Shown piece by piece: positions 24,592 through 33,645 of a stretch of 64,000 nucleotides of DNA. The stretch lies in the sequence record PQ352032.1. The stretch is one strand, 5' to 3'. The number at the start of each line of letters is the position of its first letter. Position 1 is the stretch's first letter. A model generated the notes under the pieces. It was not told the DNA's origin and made no database searches. It worked only from the letters and a program-made list of their open reading frames with translations. The DNA comes from Enterobacter phage phiT5282EW. The position numbers were made by a program, and so were the translations under genes.

Positions 24592-26098
24592 AGGCATCGT
24601 CATCTTCATCAGGATCCGGCAGGTGCCGATCCTCGGTCTCCTCCGGGAATTCCTCTCCGGTGTAGAAGTGGACGGCCTTGCGCCCGGTAAGGTTCTGCCA
24701 GCGACGAATCGCCACATCTGCGAATCCCAGATCCAGCTCCATCACGCGTGCGCATACGCCCATTCGCTCGGCGGCCACCAGTGAAGTACCAGAGCCGGAG
24801 AAGGGATCCACCATGATGTCATTGAGGCGCACGGTGTTCTTCATCATGCGCTCCCACAGCTCCACGGGCTTCTGCGTCGGGTGCAGGTCGCTGCGGTCAG
24901 GACGCGGCACGCTGACCACGCTGCCCAGCATTGACTCCACCTTGGCGTCGCCTTCCACCCGCATGATGAGATCGCCGTACTGGAAATACCAGTTACCCTC
25001 GGCATCCTGTTTGAATGGGCTTGAGTCGCCAAACTCCGCGACGGTCGTTTGCTTCCTGCCACCGTGCCAGCGGTGCTTGGCACCCTTGCGCCAGCCGTAC
25101 AGGATTGGTTCATGGATGCTTTGGAAGTCAGCCATGCCCAGTGTCATGCTGTTCTTCTTCCAGATGACATTCTGGGAGAAGTGGAAACCGACCTTTTCAA
25201 ACGCCCAGCGCAGGCCATGGGCCATCTTGTCGGAGTGGCTGATATAGGTCACGCCGCCCGGCTGCATCGCGTCATAGGCGCAGCTCAGGACATTGACGAG
25301 GAACTGATTAAAGTCCTCCTCGTTTTTCCAGTCGTTAGCGATCCCGCCAGTGCGCGAGCGCTCGCCTCCGATGGCCTTATCCATGCGCTTATTCTTCTTG
25401 CCCACATCGACGTTATACGGGGGATCGGTCAGCATCATGTTGGCCTTCTCGCCCTGCATCAGCGCCAGCCAGCTTTCCGGCTGCTCAGCATCGCCAACAT
25501 ACAGGCGATGAGCGCCCAGCACCCACAAGTCGCCCGGACGGCTCTTTGGCTCATCCGGCAGCGGGGGCGCATCATCAGGATCGCTGTCACCTCCTCCTCC
25601 CTCCATCGGCGGCAGCTTCATGATCTCGTCCAGCTGCTCAGGGTCGAAGCCGATAACATCCAGATCGTAGTCCAGATCAGCCAGGGCATTCATTTCGATG
25701 CGCAGCATGTCCATGTTCCACTCGGACGCCCGGCCCAGCTGGTTATCCGCGATGATGTACGCGCGGCGCTTAGCCTCATCCCAGCCAGTGCAGTCCAGCG
25801 TCGGCACCATGCCAATAGGGATCGGCGTGCCATCCGGGAAAGCGATTTGCTTGCCCTCGCTGTACAGCTTCATCGCTGCCAGCTGGCGTCCATGACCGGC
25901 CACGATCCCCTGCTCATCGACGAGGATGGCGTTAGTCCACCCGAATTCAAGCATTGACGCGGCGACCTTCTGGACGTGCGCCGGGCTATGGTCGTTTGAG
26001 TTGTTCACGTAGGGGATGAGGCTATCAACCGGGCGCAGCCGGATCATCGGGGGGATCACGTCCAGCCCCAGCATCTTGTTAAAATCTTTATCAGCCAC
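24587..26098 (-). CDS. ParB-like nuclease domain fused to DNA (N6-adenine/N4-cytosine) methyltransferase
   Basis: N-terminal ParB-N-like region (ILVDEQGIVAGHGRQLAAMKL). Methyltransferase motif IV MLTDPPYNVDV and motif I VDPFSGSGTS. Confidence 0.8.
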   Translation of the reverse strand: MADKDFNKMLGLDVIPPMIRLRPVDSLIPYVNNSNDHSPAHVQKVAASMLEFGWTNAILVDEQGIVAGHGRQLAAMKLYSEGKQIAFPDGTPIPIGMVPTLDCTGWDEAKRRAYIIADNQLGRASEWNMDMLRIEMNALADLDYDLDVIGFDPEQLDEIMKLPPMEGGGGDSDPDDAPPLPDEPKSRPGDLWVLGAHRLYVGDAEQPESWLALMQGEKANMMLTDPPYNVDVGKKNKRMDKAIGGERSRTGGIANDWKNEEDFNQFLVNVLSCAYDAMQPGGVTYISHSDKMAHGLRWAFEKVGFHFSQNVIWKKNSMTLGMADFQSIHEPILYGWRKGAKHRWHGGRKQTTVAEFGDSSPFKQDAEGNWYFQYGDLIMRVEGDAKVESMLGSVVSVPRPDRSDLHPTQKPVELWERMMKNTVRLNDIMVDPFSGSGTSLVAAERMGVCARVMELDLGFADVAIRRWQNLTGRKAVHFYTGEEFPEETEDRHLPDPDEDDDAF

Positions 26099-26633
26099 GT
26101 TCGATCACCACTCTAATGTTGGTTTCATTGCCATTGCCCTTATCCAGCCCCCACGCCTTACGCTCCCCGTTCTGGGTGTTGGTCAGCGTTTCGGAGGTGA
26201 TTTTGGCGAGTTTAGCCAGATCAAAGTTTTTGTCTTTGATGGCCTGATAGGCGAGGGTGCGCGGGTAGTCCCATTCCTTCTGGTGCTTCTCCAGCAGGTT
26301 GGCGCGAGCCAGCGCAGCGAACTCGGCGGTAATCTCATCCGCCAGCGCGTTGAGCTCGTCCTCAGTGACTACGCCCAGTTTGGCCCGGCGCTTCTTGAAC
26401 TCCTCCAGCGCCTCTTTGCTCATCCCGCTCAGGTTGGGATCCTGCTTGCGCCAGCCCTCCACGCGGACTTTGCCAGAAATGGTGTCAGGCGCTACGTTAA
26501 ATTCCTTGGCGAGAAGCGACGGCGTGGCTTCCGGGTCACTCTCGTAACGGATCCGCAGTGCCGTCCATGCCTCTGCCGACAGCTTGACGCGAGGCTTACG
26601 CCCCGTGGCTTTTGTCTTGCGTGGCGTCACCAT
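26091..26633 (-). CDS. HTH DNA-binding protein, terminase small subunit-like (putative)
   Basis: 180 aa with perfect AGGAGG SD. The N-terminal basic/HTH region (PRKTKATGRKPRVKLSAEAWTALRIRYESD...LLAKEFNV) resembles TerS/Nu1-type proteins, but it lies 20 kb from TerL. Confidence 0.4.
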   Translation of the reverse strand: MVTPRKTKATGRKPRVKLSAEAWTALRIRYESDPEATPSLLAKEFNVAPDTISGKVRVEGWRKQDPNLSGMSKEALEEFKKRRAKLGVVTEDELNALADEITAEFAALARANLLEKHQKEWDYPRTLAYQAIKDKNFDLAKLAKITSETLTNTQNGERKAWGLDKGNGNETNIRVVIERG

Positions 26634-26668
26634 GATTTCCTCCTTTAGCGCCGTCCTTGGCGCGGGTG

Positions 26669-26914
26669 TTAATGACTGGTTTCCTGACGTTTCTTTTCCT
26701 CTGCGGTGCAGAGGTCAAGCAGCGCCTGCGAGTGGGCAGCGAAAGACTGCGCCAGCGTTGAGAGGCTGTCTCTCAGGTTGTGCATGTTGCGGTCATCGGC
26801 CTGCGCGGCTACATGCGTCAGATGAGCAGCGGTGTTTGCACTGTCCTTTGCCAGCTCCAGCAGGTTTGGGATCGGTGTGAACATCGAACAATTCAGCATC
26901 GAGGTTTCGGACAT
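26669..26914 (-). CDS. hypothetical protein
   Basis: 81 aa with AGGAGA SD at -6. Confidence 0.5.
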   Translation of the reverse strand: MSETSMLNCSMFTPIPNLLELAKDSANTAAHLTHVAAQADDRNMHNLRDSLSTLAQSFAAHSQALLDLCTAEEKKRQETSH

Positions 26915-27197
26915 TTGGGGTCTCCTTGCGGACGAATAACTGGTGGAATCGTGCGGGCTGCAACAGGAGCGTGCCGCCTCGCGGTGCGGTAACGAGGTAT
27001 TGTCCGGCCTGCGGGCGCATCAGGGTAGCCCACTCAGGATTCACCACCAGCGGCGCGATATCCTCATGGAACACGATGACCATGCCTGCGGTCGGGTGCA
27101 ATTTCATATCCCGGATGCGGTGCGCTGTCACCATGGGCAGCTGGTAGGGCACGCGGGGGCGATAATGGCTCAGGCCAAACGGGCTATTCTTCTGCAT
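26793..27197 (-). CDS. hypothetical protein (overlaps next gene by ~120 nt)
   Basis: 134-aa ORF in an alternative frame. The long overlap suggests either true overlapping genes or a frameshift. Confidence 0.4.
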   Translation of the reverse strand: MQKNSPFGLSHYRPRVPYQLPMVTAHRIRDMKLHPTAGMVIVFHEDIAPLVVNPEWATLMRPQAGQYLVTAPRGGTLLLQPARFHQLFVRKETPNVRNLDAELFDVHTDPKPAGAGKGQCKHRCSSDACSRAGR

Positions 27198-27585
27198 GAC
27201 TTCCTACCCATCCAAACGGGGTTTTATAAAATCCAGCCTCGATCATGGAGGCTTCGGACAGCTTCTTGAGGCGGGCGTACAGCTCAGGCGCTTTTCCGGT
27301 GCCAGATTCCTGACCTTTCCGGTAGAGCGCAGCCAGCACATCCCACTCATCCAGATACGGAGCAAGGCGCGGGCAGTTGAGTTTCATCAGATCGAAACGG
27401 GATCGCAGCTCCGGCACAGCTTCCATCAGGCGATAACAGCGACCAAAGTCAGACGGGTCATGCGGGATGTCTCCGCCTTTTACCGGGCGAATAGCAGCTT
27501 TCAGCATGGTTTTTGATGATGCGCCAGTATCGTTACCCAGCGACCACTCCAGCAGCTTAAACATCGTATCGACTGGCATACTCAT
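27184..27585 (-). CDS. hypothetical protein
   Basis: 133-aa ORF in the operon. Confidence 0.5.
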   Translation of the reverse strand: MSMPVDTMFKLLEWSLGNDTGASSKTMLKAAIRPVKGGDIPHDPSDFGRCYRLMEAVPELRSRFDLMKLNCPRLAPYLDEWDVLAALYRKGQESGTGKAPELYARLKKLSEASMIEAGFYKTPFGWVGSHAEE

Positions 27586-27878
27586 GCGCCGGGCCCTCCA
27601 GCAACGTGACGCGCCGGGCCATCAGCAGGCCATCCGCCATCAACGGGAGCGGCTGACGGCTTCGGGTATTCGCGGGTGTCATTCACATCGCGCAGGCAGG
27701 TGATAGCGCGGTTGTACGCCGTCCAACAGGTTACGCCCAGCTCGCTGTCATGCACACGGGAGACTACGCCTGTGATTTTGGTTTCCTTCGACGGGTAATT
27801 TGCTGTCTGGTCTGGATCATCGCAGGAGGCGACCAGAAACGGCACCAGTGCGGCGATCAGCAGTTTGGCCTTCATCAT
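27582..27878 (-). CDS. lipoprotein (signal peptide + lipobox LVASC)
   Basis: MMKAKLLIAALVPFLVASC. AAGGA SD. Confidence 0.6.
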   Translation of the reverse strand: MMKAKLLIAALVPFLVASCDDPDQTANYPSKETKITGVVSRVHDSELGVTCWTAYNRAITCLRDVNDTREYPKPSAAPVDGGWPADGPARHVAGGPGA

Positions 27879-27887
27879 TGGGTTGTC

Positions 27888-27925
27888 CTTGTTAAAAAGC
27901 GCTCAGAGAGCGTCTGAGCGCGTTA
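27888..27925 (-). terminator. hairpin/terminator after HNH gene
   Basis: GCGCUCAGA-cgcucuc-UGAGCGC followed by U5 on the minus strand. Confidence 0.45.
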
Positions 27926-27933
27926 TACGGATT

Positions 27934-28524
27934 CTATTCTTTTTTGCGACTACTCGCCAGAGTACGCATCCAATCTGCGATCTGCTGCAATTCATCAGCA
28001 GTCGCATCACGCTTGAGATTATTGCAGCGCCAGCAGAGCAGCGCGATATTCCCGATAACGTACCCTAGCGCCGGAATGATGCGGTCTATTGATGGCGTAT
28101 TATGCTTTGGCCCGGTGTATTTAACATCGGTAAGCTGATAATCCAGCGACTTCCCACAGCACTCGCAGCTCGGCGTGGTCATAAACCATTGAAGGAGGTA
28201 TTCAGCCGTAATAGCTTTCCTGTCAAACGGGATGCCAGACTGTCTGGCCCTTTCATCAATGCTTTTACGTGTTTTCTGAGCTCGGACTCTGAATGGCTCC
28301 CGCTCATAGCGCCTTTTTTCTCTCGCTTTGACTGCTGCGCCATTATCGGCAGCATAGGCTGCGCGGCGTTCAGCCAAAATGCGCTCGCGGTTATCTCGCT
28401 TCCATTGGTTTGATCGCTCATTAGTGCATTGTTGGCAGGTTCCAGTCCTGCCATCTTTGCACTCTTTATTTTTCGTAAACTCCTCCAGAGGCTTAGTTTT
28501 CTGGCACTTCTGGCACGTCTTCAT
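27934..28524 (-). CDS. HNH endonuclease with N-terminal zinc finger
   Basis: CQKCQK...CQQC, then CECCGK...NIALLCWRCNNLK (HNH). Confidence 0.75.
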   Translation of the reverse strand: MKTCQKCQKTKPLEEFTKNKECKDGRTGTCQQCTNERSNQWKRDNRERILAERRAAYAADNGAAVKAREKRRYEREPFRVRAQKTRKSIDERARQSGIPFDRKAITAEYLLQWFMTTPSCECCGKSLDYQLTDVKYTGPKHNTPSIDRIIPALGYVIGNIALLCWRCNNLKRDATADELQQIADWMRTLASSRKKE

Positions 28525-29158
28525 TCAGTTTAAAACTCCCCGGCATCAATTCGACGTGGTTAGTATTGCATTGATTGCCCCATGCGTGCCAGTTTGGGTA
28601 GGCGTCGCGGGCGAATAACTCAATGCGCGGCACATCGCCGTATAGCTCCTCGATACGGTGGAAAATCTCTTTCGGCTTCTGGGAGTGCTCGCCCAGACAG
28701 GAGAAGATGATCTGACGCACGCTGGCGCTCAGGCGCTCGACGCCTTTACCACGCACGGCGATCAGGCAGTCTTCGGAGTTGGCGCGGGTGTAGTTGCCAC
28801 CGTTGATTTTCACCTCATCGTTCAGGAAGTCGAGCATATCCTCCCAGTCGAAGAACTCCGACCGCTCCAGCTTCTTGTTGAATCGGTCAGGTGCGCCCTT
28901 GTTGAACTTCACCCACGTAAAACCCTTCATGGTGCGTACATCGAATCCCCACGCCTCAGCCAGCGCCACAGCCTCCTCGGCGTGCGTGGAGGTGTACCAC
29001 ATAACCAGCACGGCATCATCATCAGCCAGCGTCCAGACCGGGAGGCGCTTAATGTCCTCTTTCTTCATGGTCAGGTAGTGGTTTTCAGCGGCACCGTTGC
29101 TGATTGTGTTGTCATAATGCCAGGGTGGATCGGCTAAAATAATTTTGTACTTACTCAC
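28493..29158 (-). CDS. MT-A70 family N6-adenine DNA methyltransferase (Dam-like)
   Basis: ILADPPWHYD motif. 221 aa, typical size of phage Dam proteins. Confidence 0.8.
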   Translation of the reverse strand: MSKYKIILADPPWHYDNTISNGAAENHYLTMKKEDIKRLPVWTLADDDAVLVMWYTSTHAEEAVALAEAWGFDVRTMKGFTWVKFNKGAPDRFNKKLERSEFFDWEDMLDFLNDEVKINGGNYTRANSEDCLIAVRGKGVERLSASVRQIIFSCLGEHSQKPKEIFHRIEELYGDVPRIELFARDAYPNWHAWGNQCNTNHVELMPGSFKLNEDVPEVPEN

Positions 29159-29345
29159 GGTTGCCCCCTTTGATACGGTCCAGCTTATCGGCGGTATTCT
29201 CGGTCGGCTGATACTTGGCGTTTGGGAATACCTTTGCCAGTACCTCGGAGTTGTTCACCTGATCAATGGCCTCGCACATGCAGGTATAGCCAGCTGGCAG
29301 CGCGTCGAGGTCAGGGATCTTTCCACACTTGCACGGTCTAGCCAT
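29151..29345 (-). CDS. small Cys-rich protein
   Basis: 64 aa, with CKCG...CMC. Confidence 0.4.
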   Translation of the reverse strand: MARPCKCGKIPDLDALPAGYTCMCEAIDQVNNSEVLAKVFPNAKYQPTENTADKLDRIKGGNRE

Positions 29346-29868
29346 GAGGCTTCTCCTGATTGGTGGCGTCCAGCGCGATTTCCAGCGCTGCCATTGCCTC
29401 TTGCTTGGTCATATCCCCGCGTTTCCCGGTGAAGACGGCAAGCACGTTATGCGCAGCCTCGCGCAGGTTATCGACGTATGTCACCAGCGAGCCCCCCTCA
29501 GGGATCTCACACTCCTGCACCAGCTGGTAATAAATATCAGCAGCGGCTCGGTATGCCGGGCCCGGAGTTGACAGCAGCTCATCGCGCAGGCCCAAAATCT
29601 CCAGAGCCTGATTATGGATCATGATTTTGCCTTTGCTCAGCTGGATTTCCTGCTGCTCCAGCAGCGTGGTCAGCTCAGCATTGGCGTCGCGCTGGCTATC
29701 CACCTCTACGGGGCTCGCCATGCCCAGCTGCGTGAGCAGGCCAGCGACCTCGACACGGGTGAGGGCCAGACAGTTGAGGTTGCCATTATGCAGGCGCACC
29801 AGTGATTTGAACTGCTGGAGCAGGGTTTTGTAATCGCCTGCTGGTTTCGGGTTGAACTCGATAGCCAT
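29338..29868 (-). CDS. hypothetical protein
   Basis: 176-aa ORF. Confidence 0.5.
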   Translation of the reverse strand: MAIEFNPKPAGDYKTLLQQFKSLVRLHNGNLNCLALTRVEVAGLLTQLGMASPVEVDSQRDANAELTTLLEQQEIQLSKGKIMIHNQALEILGLRDELLSTPGPAYRAAADIYYQLVQECEIPEGGSLVTYVDNLREAAHNVLAVFTGKRGDMTKQEAMAALEIALDATNQEKPHG

Positions 29869-29870
29869 GG

Positions 29871-30152
29871 TTAATCGCCCTCTTTCGGGGTCGTGGTCTT
29901 CTCGGCACGCAGCACCATGCGGGTGCCATCCTCCAGATCCCAGTGAATCTCACCGCCCTCAGCCATCACCAGCTGATACACCAGCTGAGCGGCCTCGTTG
30001 GTCACATCACGGCCCCGATCATTGCCGACGCGGTGAAGATGACCGTTATCCATCCGCTTCATCTTCGCCAGCTGGATGGTCTTTGTGAGCGGGGAGAATC
30101 CCAGCTCCAGACGCGGGGCGCGTTTGACTTCTACGCCTACTTTGTTAGCCAT
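29871..30152 (-). CDS. hypothetical protein
   Basis: 93-aa ORF. Confidence 0.45.
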   Translation of the reverse strand: MANKVGVEVKRAPRLELGFSPLTKTIQLAKMKRMDNGHLHRVGNDRGRDVTNEAAQLVYQLVMAEGGEIHWDLEDGTRMVLRAEKTTTPKEGD

Positions 30153-30154
30153 GG

Positions 30155-30631
30155 TTAATCCTTGAAAAAAGTTACCCAGTGGGTGTTGGCACGGATGCCG
30201 GATGGATGACCGAAAGCGGGTTTCATTTCCGCCAGTTTGAGCAGCTCGCGGGTTGGCACATGCAGCTCATTCCATTTGAAGATCAGCGTGCCGTGCGGCT
30301 TGAGCACGCGCCATGCCTCAGCGAATCCGGCGCGGATGTCATCGCGCCATGTCTTCTTGTTCAGGATGCCGTACTTCTTGCCCTGCCAGCCGTTTGGCCC
30401 GCACTTGAGCAAATGAGGCGGGTCGAACACGATGAGGCTAAACGTGGCGTCGGCAAACGGCAGCGCCCGGAAGTCAGCCACGATGTCGGGATGGATTTTC
30501 AGCTCCCGGTCATCGCATAAGATATGCTCCTCGTCCCGGATATCCATGAATACTACGCGGGGATCCTCCCGGTCGAACCAAAACATGCGCGAACCGCAGC
30601 ACATGTCGAGAATGGGTTTGTTAGTGGTCAT
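30155..30631 (-). CDS. small SAM-dependent methyltransferase (DNA methyltransferase-like, DPPH motif)
   Basis: Motif I ILDMCCGSRMFWFD and motif IV IVFDPPHL. Confidence 0.6.
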   Translation of the reverse strand: MTTNKPILDMCCGSRMFWFDREDPRVVFMDIRDEEHILCDDRELKIHPDIVADFRALPFADATFSLIVFDPPHLLKCGPNGWQGKKYGILNKKTWRDDIRAGFAEAWRVLKPHGTLIFKWNELHVPTRELLKLAEMKPAFGHPSGIRANTHWVTFFKD

Positions 30632-30876
30632 GCGGCCTTCTTTTTGGTTTTGTGGTACACGGCCCAGCTCAGGGCGTTCAGCTTATCCATCCCTTTGCGG
30701 TCATACATGAAGATGGTCGGCACGCCGCGCTCGGTCAGGCGTCCCTCCTCGTTGCGCGGGTTGGCGTGCTCCTCTTTGACCTGCCGCTCCAGCTCGGCAA
30801 GGTCATCGAAAGAGTGCTGGGCCAGCAGGTGCGCTTTCCAGCCGTAATTACGGACTTTCACGATCCCGCTCCTCAT
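30628..30876 (-). CDS. hypothetical protein
   Basis: 82-aa ORF. Confidence 0.45.
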   Translation of the reverse strand: MRSGIVKVRNYGWKAHLLAQHSFDDLAELERQVKEEHANPRNEEGRLTERGVPTIFMYDRKGMDKLNALSWAVYHKTKKKAA

Positions 30877-31261
30877 GCGCCACGCCTGACTCTTTGAGCA
30901 TATCGGTCGCCGTGTCCAGTGTGACGATCACCCATGAATCTGGGTTCATCATGTCTTCCATCGTGCGCCCGTTGGTTGCCAGCTTGCGGGCCAGCTTCTT
31001 CTCCATCTGGTGATTTTCGTCCTCGATCACCTTGATGAAAGACTCAGGGAAAAAGCTGGTCGCCATCTGCTCCAGCGTCCTGCGCAGGCGCGGGGATTGA
31101 ACAGAGCGCAGGCGGTAGCTGGCACAGCCATTCAGCGCTTTCCGCACGCTGCGCTTGTCATACTTCGCAGCGGCGCGGCACAGGTTCAGGATGTCCAGCG
31201 TGTCCGGGAACTCAGCATACTGGCTGAGGCGGATCATCTGCTGGACGGGGCTCAGTTTCAT
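30848..31261 (-). CDS. hypothetical protein
   Basis: Start moved to ATG 31261 (MKLSPVQQ, AAGGA SD). The track's longer N-terminus overlaps the upstream gene. Confidence 0.45.
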   Translation of the reverse strand: MKLSPVQQMIRLSQYAEFPDTLDILNLCRAAAKYDKRSVRKALNGCASYRLRSVQSPRLRRTLEQMATSFFPESFIKVIEDENHQMEKKLARKLATNGRTMEDMMNPDSWVIVTLDTATDMLKESGVAHEERDRESP

Positions 31262-31283
31262 GGGTCGGTTATCCTTGCGTTGG

Positions 31284-31508
31284 TTATTCTTCGAGCTCAG
31301 CAGCCAGTTTCTTCCTGGCTTCTTTGATTTGTTGCGCGTACATGCAGTCATTGCCACCGTACTCGCGGCGAATGGTGATATCGACAGTCCGCCCGCAGTC
31401 GAGGCGGCGGCGCAGGTAATACCCGCCATACGGGAAATGCTCATCGGCTGGAATGGGCATATTGGTGATTTTCTTAGACATTGCGGGCCTCTCTCTCTTT
31501 GGTGGCAA
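31284..31508 (-). CDS. hypothetical protein
   Basis: 74-aa ORF. Confidence 0.45.
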   Translation of the reverse strand: MPPKRERPAMSKKITNMPIPADEHFPYGGYYLRRRLDCGRTVDITIRREYGGNDCMYAQQIKEARKKLAAELEE

Positions 31509-31731
31509 AATGCAGTTGCATTACACGGTCGTGTAATTCCATTCTGGCATCACGGCCTCGCTTTTTCTCGATGGCATCCAGCAGCGCATAACGGTCGGCC
31601 TTGGTCGGGAGGTTCAGCACGTACCGGGCCTCACATTCCAGTAACCATTCGCGGGAATCGCTTGGCACCTGCTGACCATTCACCAGCTCCACCAGTGGGG
31701 CCTTCCAGCTGCACGCGTTTCTCGTTTCCAT
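31474..31731 (-). CDS. hypothetical protein
   Basis: 85 aa. The leader contains a TTGATGACGTAAGGAG motif. Confidence 0.5.
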   Translation of the reverse strand: METRNACSWKAPLVELVNGQQVPSDSREWLLECEARYVLNLPTKADRYALLDAIEKKRGRDARMELHDRVMQLHFATKEREARNV

Positions 31732-31761
31732 CGTTCACTCCTTACGTCATCAACGCCGTTG

Positions 31762-31789
31762 ATAATACATCATTTAAGCAGCGGCGCAA
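31762..31789 (-). promoter_or_regulatory. sigma70-type promoter
   Basis: Minus strand: TTGCGC-16-TATTAT, immediately after the terminator U-tract. Confidence 0.45.
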
Positions 31790-31790
31790 G

Positions 31791-31816
31791 CAAAAAAGCC
31801 CCGCTCATAGGGGCTT
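31791..31816 (-). terminator. rho-independent terminator
   Basis: GCCCC-gctcata-GGGGC hairpin followed by U6 on the minus strand. Confidence 0.6.
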
Positions 31817-31831
31817 TGCAGTGATCGCTTG

Positions 31832-32143
31832 TTACAGGTGAGTATCAAGCCCGGTCAGGCTGGTAAATACCTCAGCCAGCTCAGGGGCGTGGACGCCATC
31901 GGTAACAGAGATTTCTTTCACGTTCATGCCCCGGATTTTGTAAGCGGTGATTTTGTACTCATCCATTGGGGTGAGGACGATGTGCAGACGGCTGATACCG
32001 TCACGCACGTAATGCGGTGTTTTTGGCAGGTCGAATTGCAGGCCGGATTTGATGGCAACAAAGTTTTTCGCGCCAGTCATGGTGATGAAGCGACGACCAC
32101 CTATCTGGCTCAGGATGGTTTCTGCGATTTCTTTGTTAGTCAT
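31832..32143 (-). CDS. hypothetical protein
   Basis: 103-aa ORF downstream of conserved promoter a. Confidence 0.5.
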   Translation of the reverse strand: MTNKEIAETILSQIGGRRFITMTGAKNFVAIKSGLQFDLPKTPHYVRDGISRLHIVLTPMDEYKITAYKIRGMNVKEISVTDGVHAPELAEVFTSLTGLDTHL

Positions 32144-32188
32144 GGGTTGGTTCCTCAGGTTGCGGGCTACTCGTTAGCCGATGAGGAG

Positions 32189-32217
32189 ATATTACGTCAT
32201 CCGTGACGTAACTGCAA
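32189..32217 (-). promoter_or_regulatory. sigma70-type promoter, ACGTCA-box family (a), with inverted repeat TTACGTCA-N4-TGACGTAA
   Basis: Minus strand: TTGCAG-TTACGTCACGGATGACG-TAATAT. Confidence 0.6.
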
Positions 32218-32224
32218 GCGGTAT

Positions 32225-32758
32225 TTATCCGCGTGATTTGAACGGATTCATGTAGCAGACGTACTGATACGGCCTGCGTCCCTCCCCGTTCCTCAGCTTC
32301 CAGCCAAGGTAAAGCCTGAATGTCCGACCGCAGAATGGTGCGATGATATACAGATTCCAGTAGATGCCTGAGGTAACAAACAGCCAGCCATCAATAACCG
32401 GGTTGGTGTTGTTGATCTTCCGGTTTCCGCGCCAGATGAATGGCTCACCCGGTTCATGCGCAGCCAGCACGCTCAGCGCGAATCCATACACCGGGTTACG
32501 CCAGCACCAGCCAATGCGGCCCACGTAGGTAGCCAGTACCGGGGGCAGCTTAAACCGCCATTGCCAGTGCTCACGCTTCCAGCCACCGTCACCATCCATC
32601 GAATTATCCGGCGTCTGGAACCACCAGAGCCAGTTAGGTAGCCAGCCATCCTTGCTGCAAAACAGCACGACCACCGGGGCCAGCACATACGCTACCAGTA
32701 CGCTGAGTAAATTTAACGGGGCCAGAATTAGCCACCATAAGACGCCGATTAACCACAT
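32225..32758 (-). CDS. Trp-rich membrane protein
   Basis: 177 aa with an N-terminal hydrophobic helix, LLSVLVAYVLAPVVVLF. Confidence 0.5.
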   Translation of the reverse strand: MWLIGVLWWLILAPLNLLSVLVAYVLAPVVVLFCSKDGWLPNWLWWFQTPDNSMDGDGGWKREHWQWRFKLPPVLATYVGRIGWCWRNPVYGFALSVLAAHEPGEPFIWRGNRKINNTNPVIDGWLFVTSGIYWNLYIIAPFCGRTFRLYLGWKLRNGEGRRPYQYVCYMNPFKSRG

Positions 32759-32846
32759 AGGAGATCCTCTTGTAAGTGAGGGTGCAGCGTAAACTCACGA
32801 CGCAAAAAAGGCCCGCATATTGCGAGCCTCATTCAGCAGGCGGGGA

Positions 32847-33332
32847 TTAGCGGACGGTGTGGATGGTCGCGCCTGCGCTGTTCATGACAAACACGGAGTC
32901 GCCGGGGTAGACGAACTGATAAAACACGCCTTTAGTAAACTCGTTATCGTTCAGCGCACCACGCTCCGGGTGCTCAGCATCCAGTACCACAATTCCCAGA
33001 GCCTGCCCGATCCAGAATGCCGGACGGCGATGCTCGGTCATTTCCTCAGGGTAGAGGATTTTGGTCGCTTCGGCGTCCTCATAGAACGGGGGATGATATT
33101 CGAGGTAGTCATACCCGCCCAGCTCTTTCCAGTCTCCGGTCTTCGCGTAGCAGCATTGGCCCACGGATTCCTCGACTGGCAGCGATTTGAGGTAATCATG
33201 CTCGCGGTTGTTGCACTCGACCAGTCGCTCCATCACCTGATCCCATGTTTCGGAACCGGGCAGCGCGATAACTGGCGTCTTGACCTCATGGATCACCACA
33301 ACGTTGTTGATAATGGTCTTGATAGTAAACAT
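32847..33332 (-). CDS. hypothetical protein
   Basis: Start at ATG 33332 (MFTIKT...) with GGAG SD. Confidence 0.5.
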   Translation of the reverse strand: MFTIKTIINNVVVIHEVKTPVIALPGSETWDQVMERLVECNNREHDYLKSLPVEESVGQCCYAKTGDWKELGGYDYLEYHPPFYEDAEATKILYPEEMTEHRRPAFWIGQALGIVVLDAEHPERGALNDNEFTKGVFYQFVYPGDSVFVMNSAGATIHTVR

Positions 33333-33399
33333 GTCTTTCTCCTGATTTCTTCGTCTTCTGGTTAGATTGCCGCATCGCTGCGGCATCAGGAGAATACTG

Positions 33400-33645
33400 T
33401 CACGACGCGGACTTAATCAGCCCCACTTTGGAATCAGCGCCGATCACCAGATCGTGACTACCGCAGAGAATGCGGTCGTGGTTCACAATGCCGATAGCAC
33501 GGCAAAGCAGCTGGCGTCTACGAGCCCGATTGATGCGCTTAGGGAAATTCAGGGGTATGACGCTTATTTGCCCATCGTAGAATGCTGCTTCGGTCTCCTC
33601 GTCCAGCAGTACGATATGCGCGGTCATTACTCTCAGCAGGTTCAT
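33400..33645 (-). CDS. hypothetical protein
   Basis: 81-aa ORF. Confidence 0.4.
   Translation of the reverse strand: MNLLRVMTAHIVLLDEETEAAFYDGQISVIPLNFPKRINRARRRQLLCRAIGIVNHDRILCGSHDLVIGADSKVGLIKSAS

Noticed and set aside
25049-25957. 302-aa plus-strand ORF
   Set aside because: Antisense to the ParB-methyltransferase gene, which has DPPY and FxGxG motifs.
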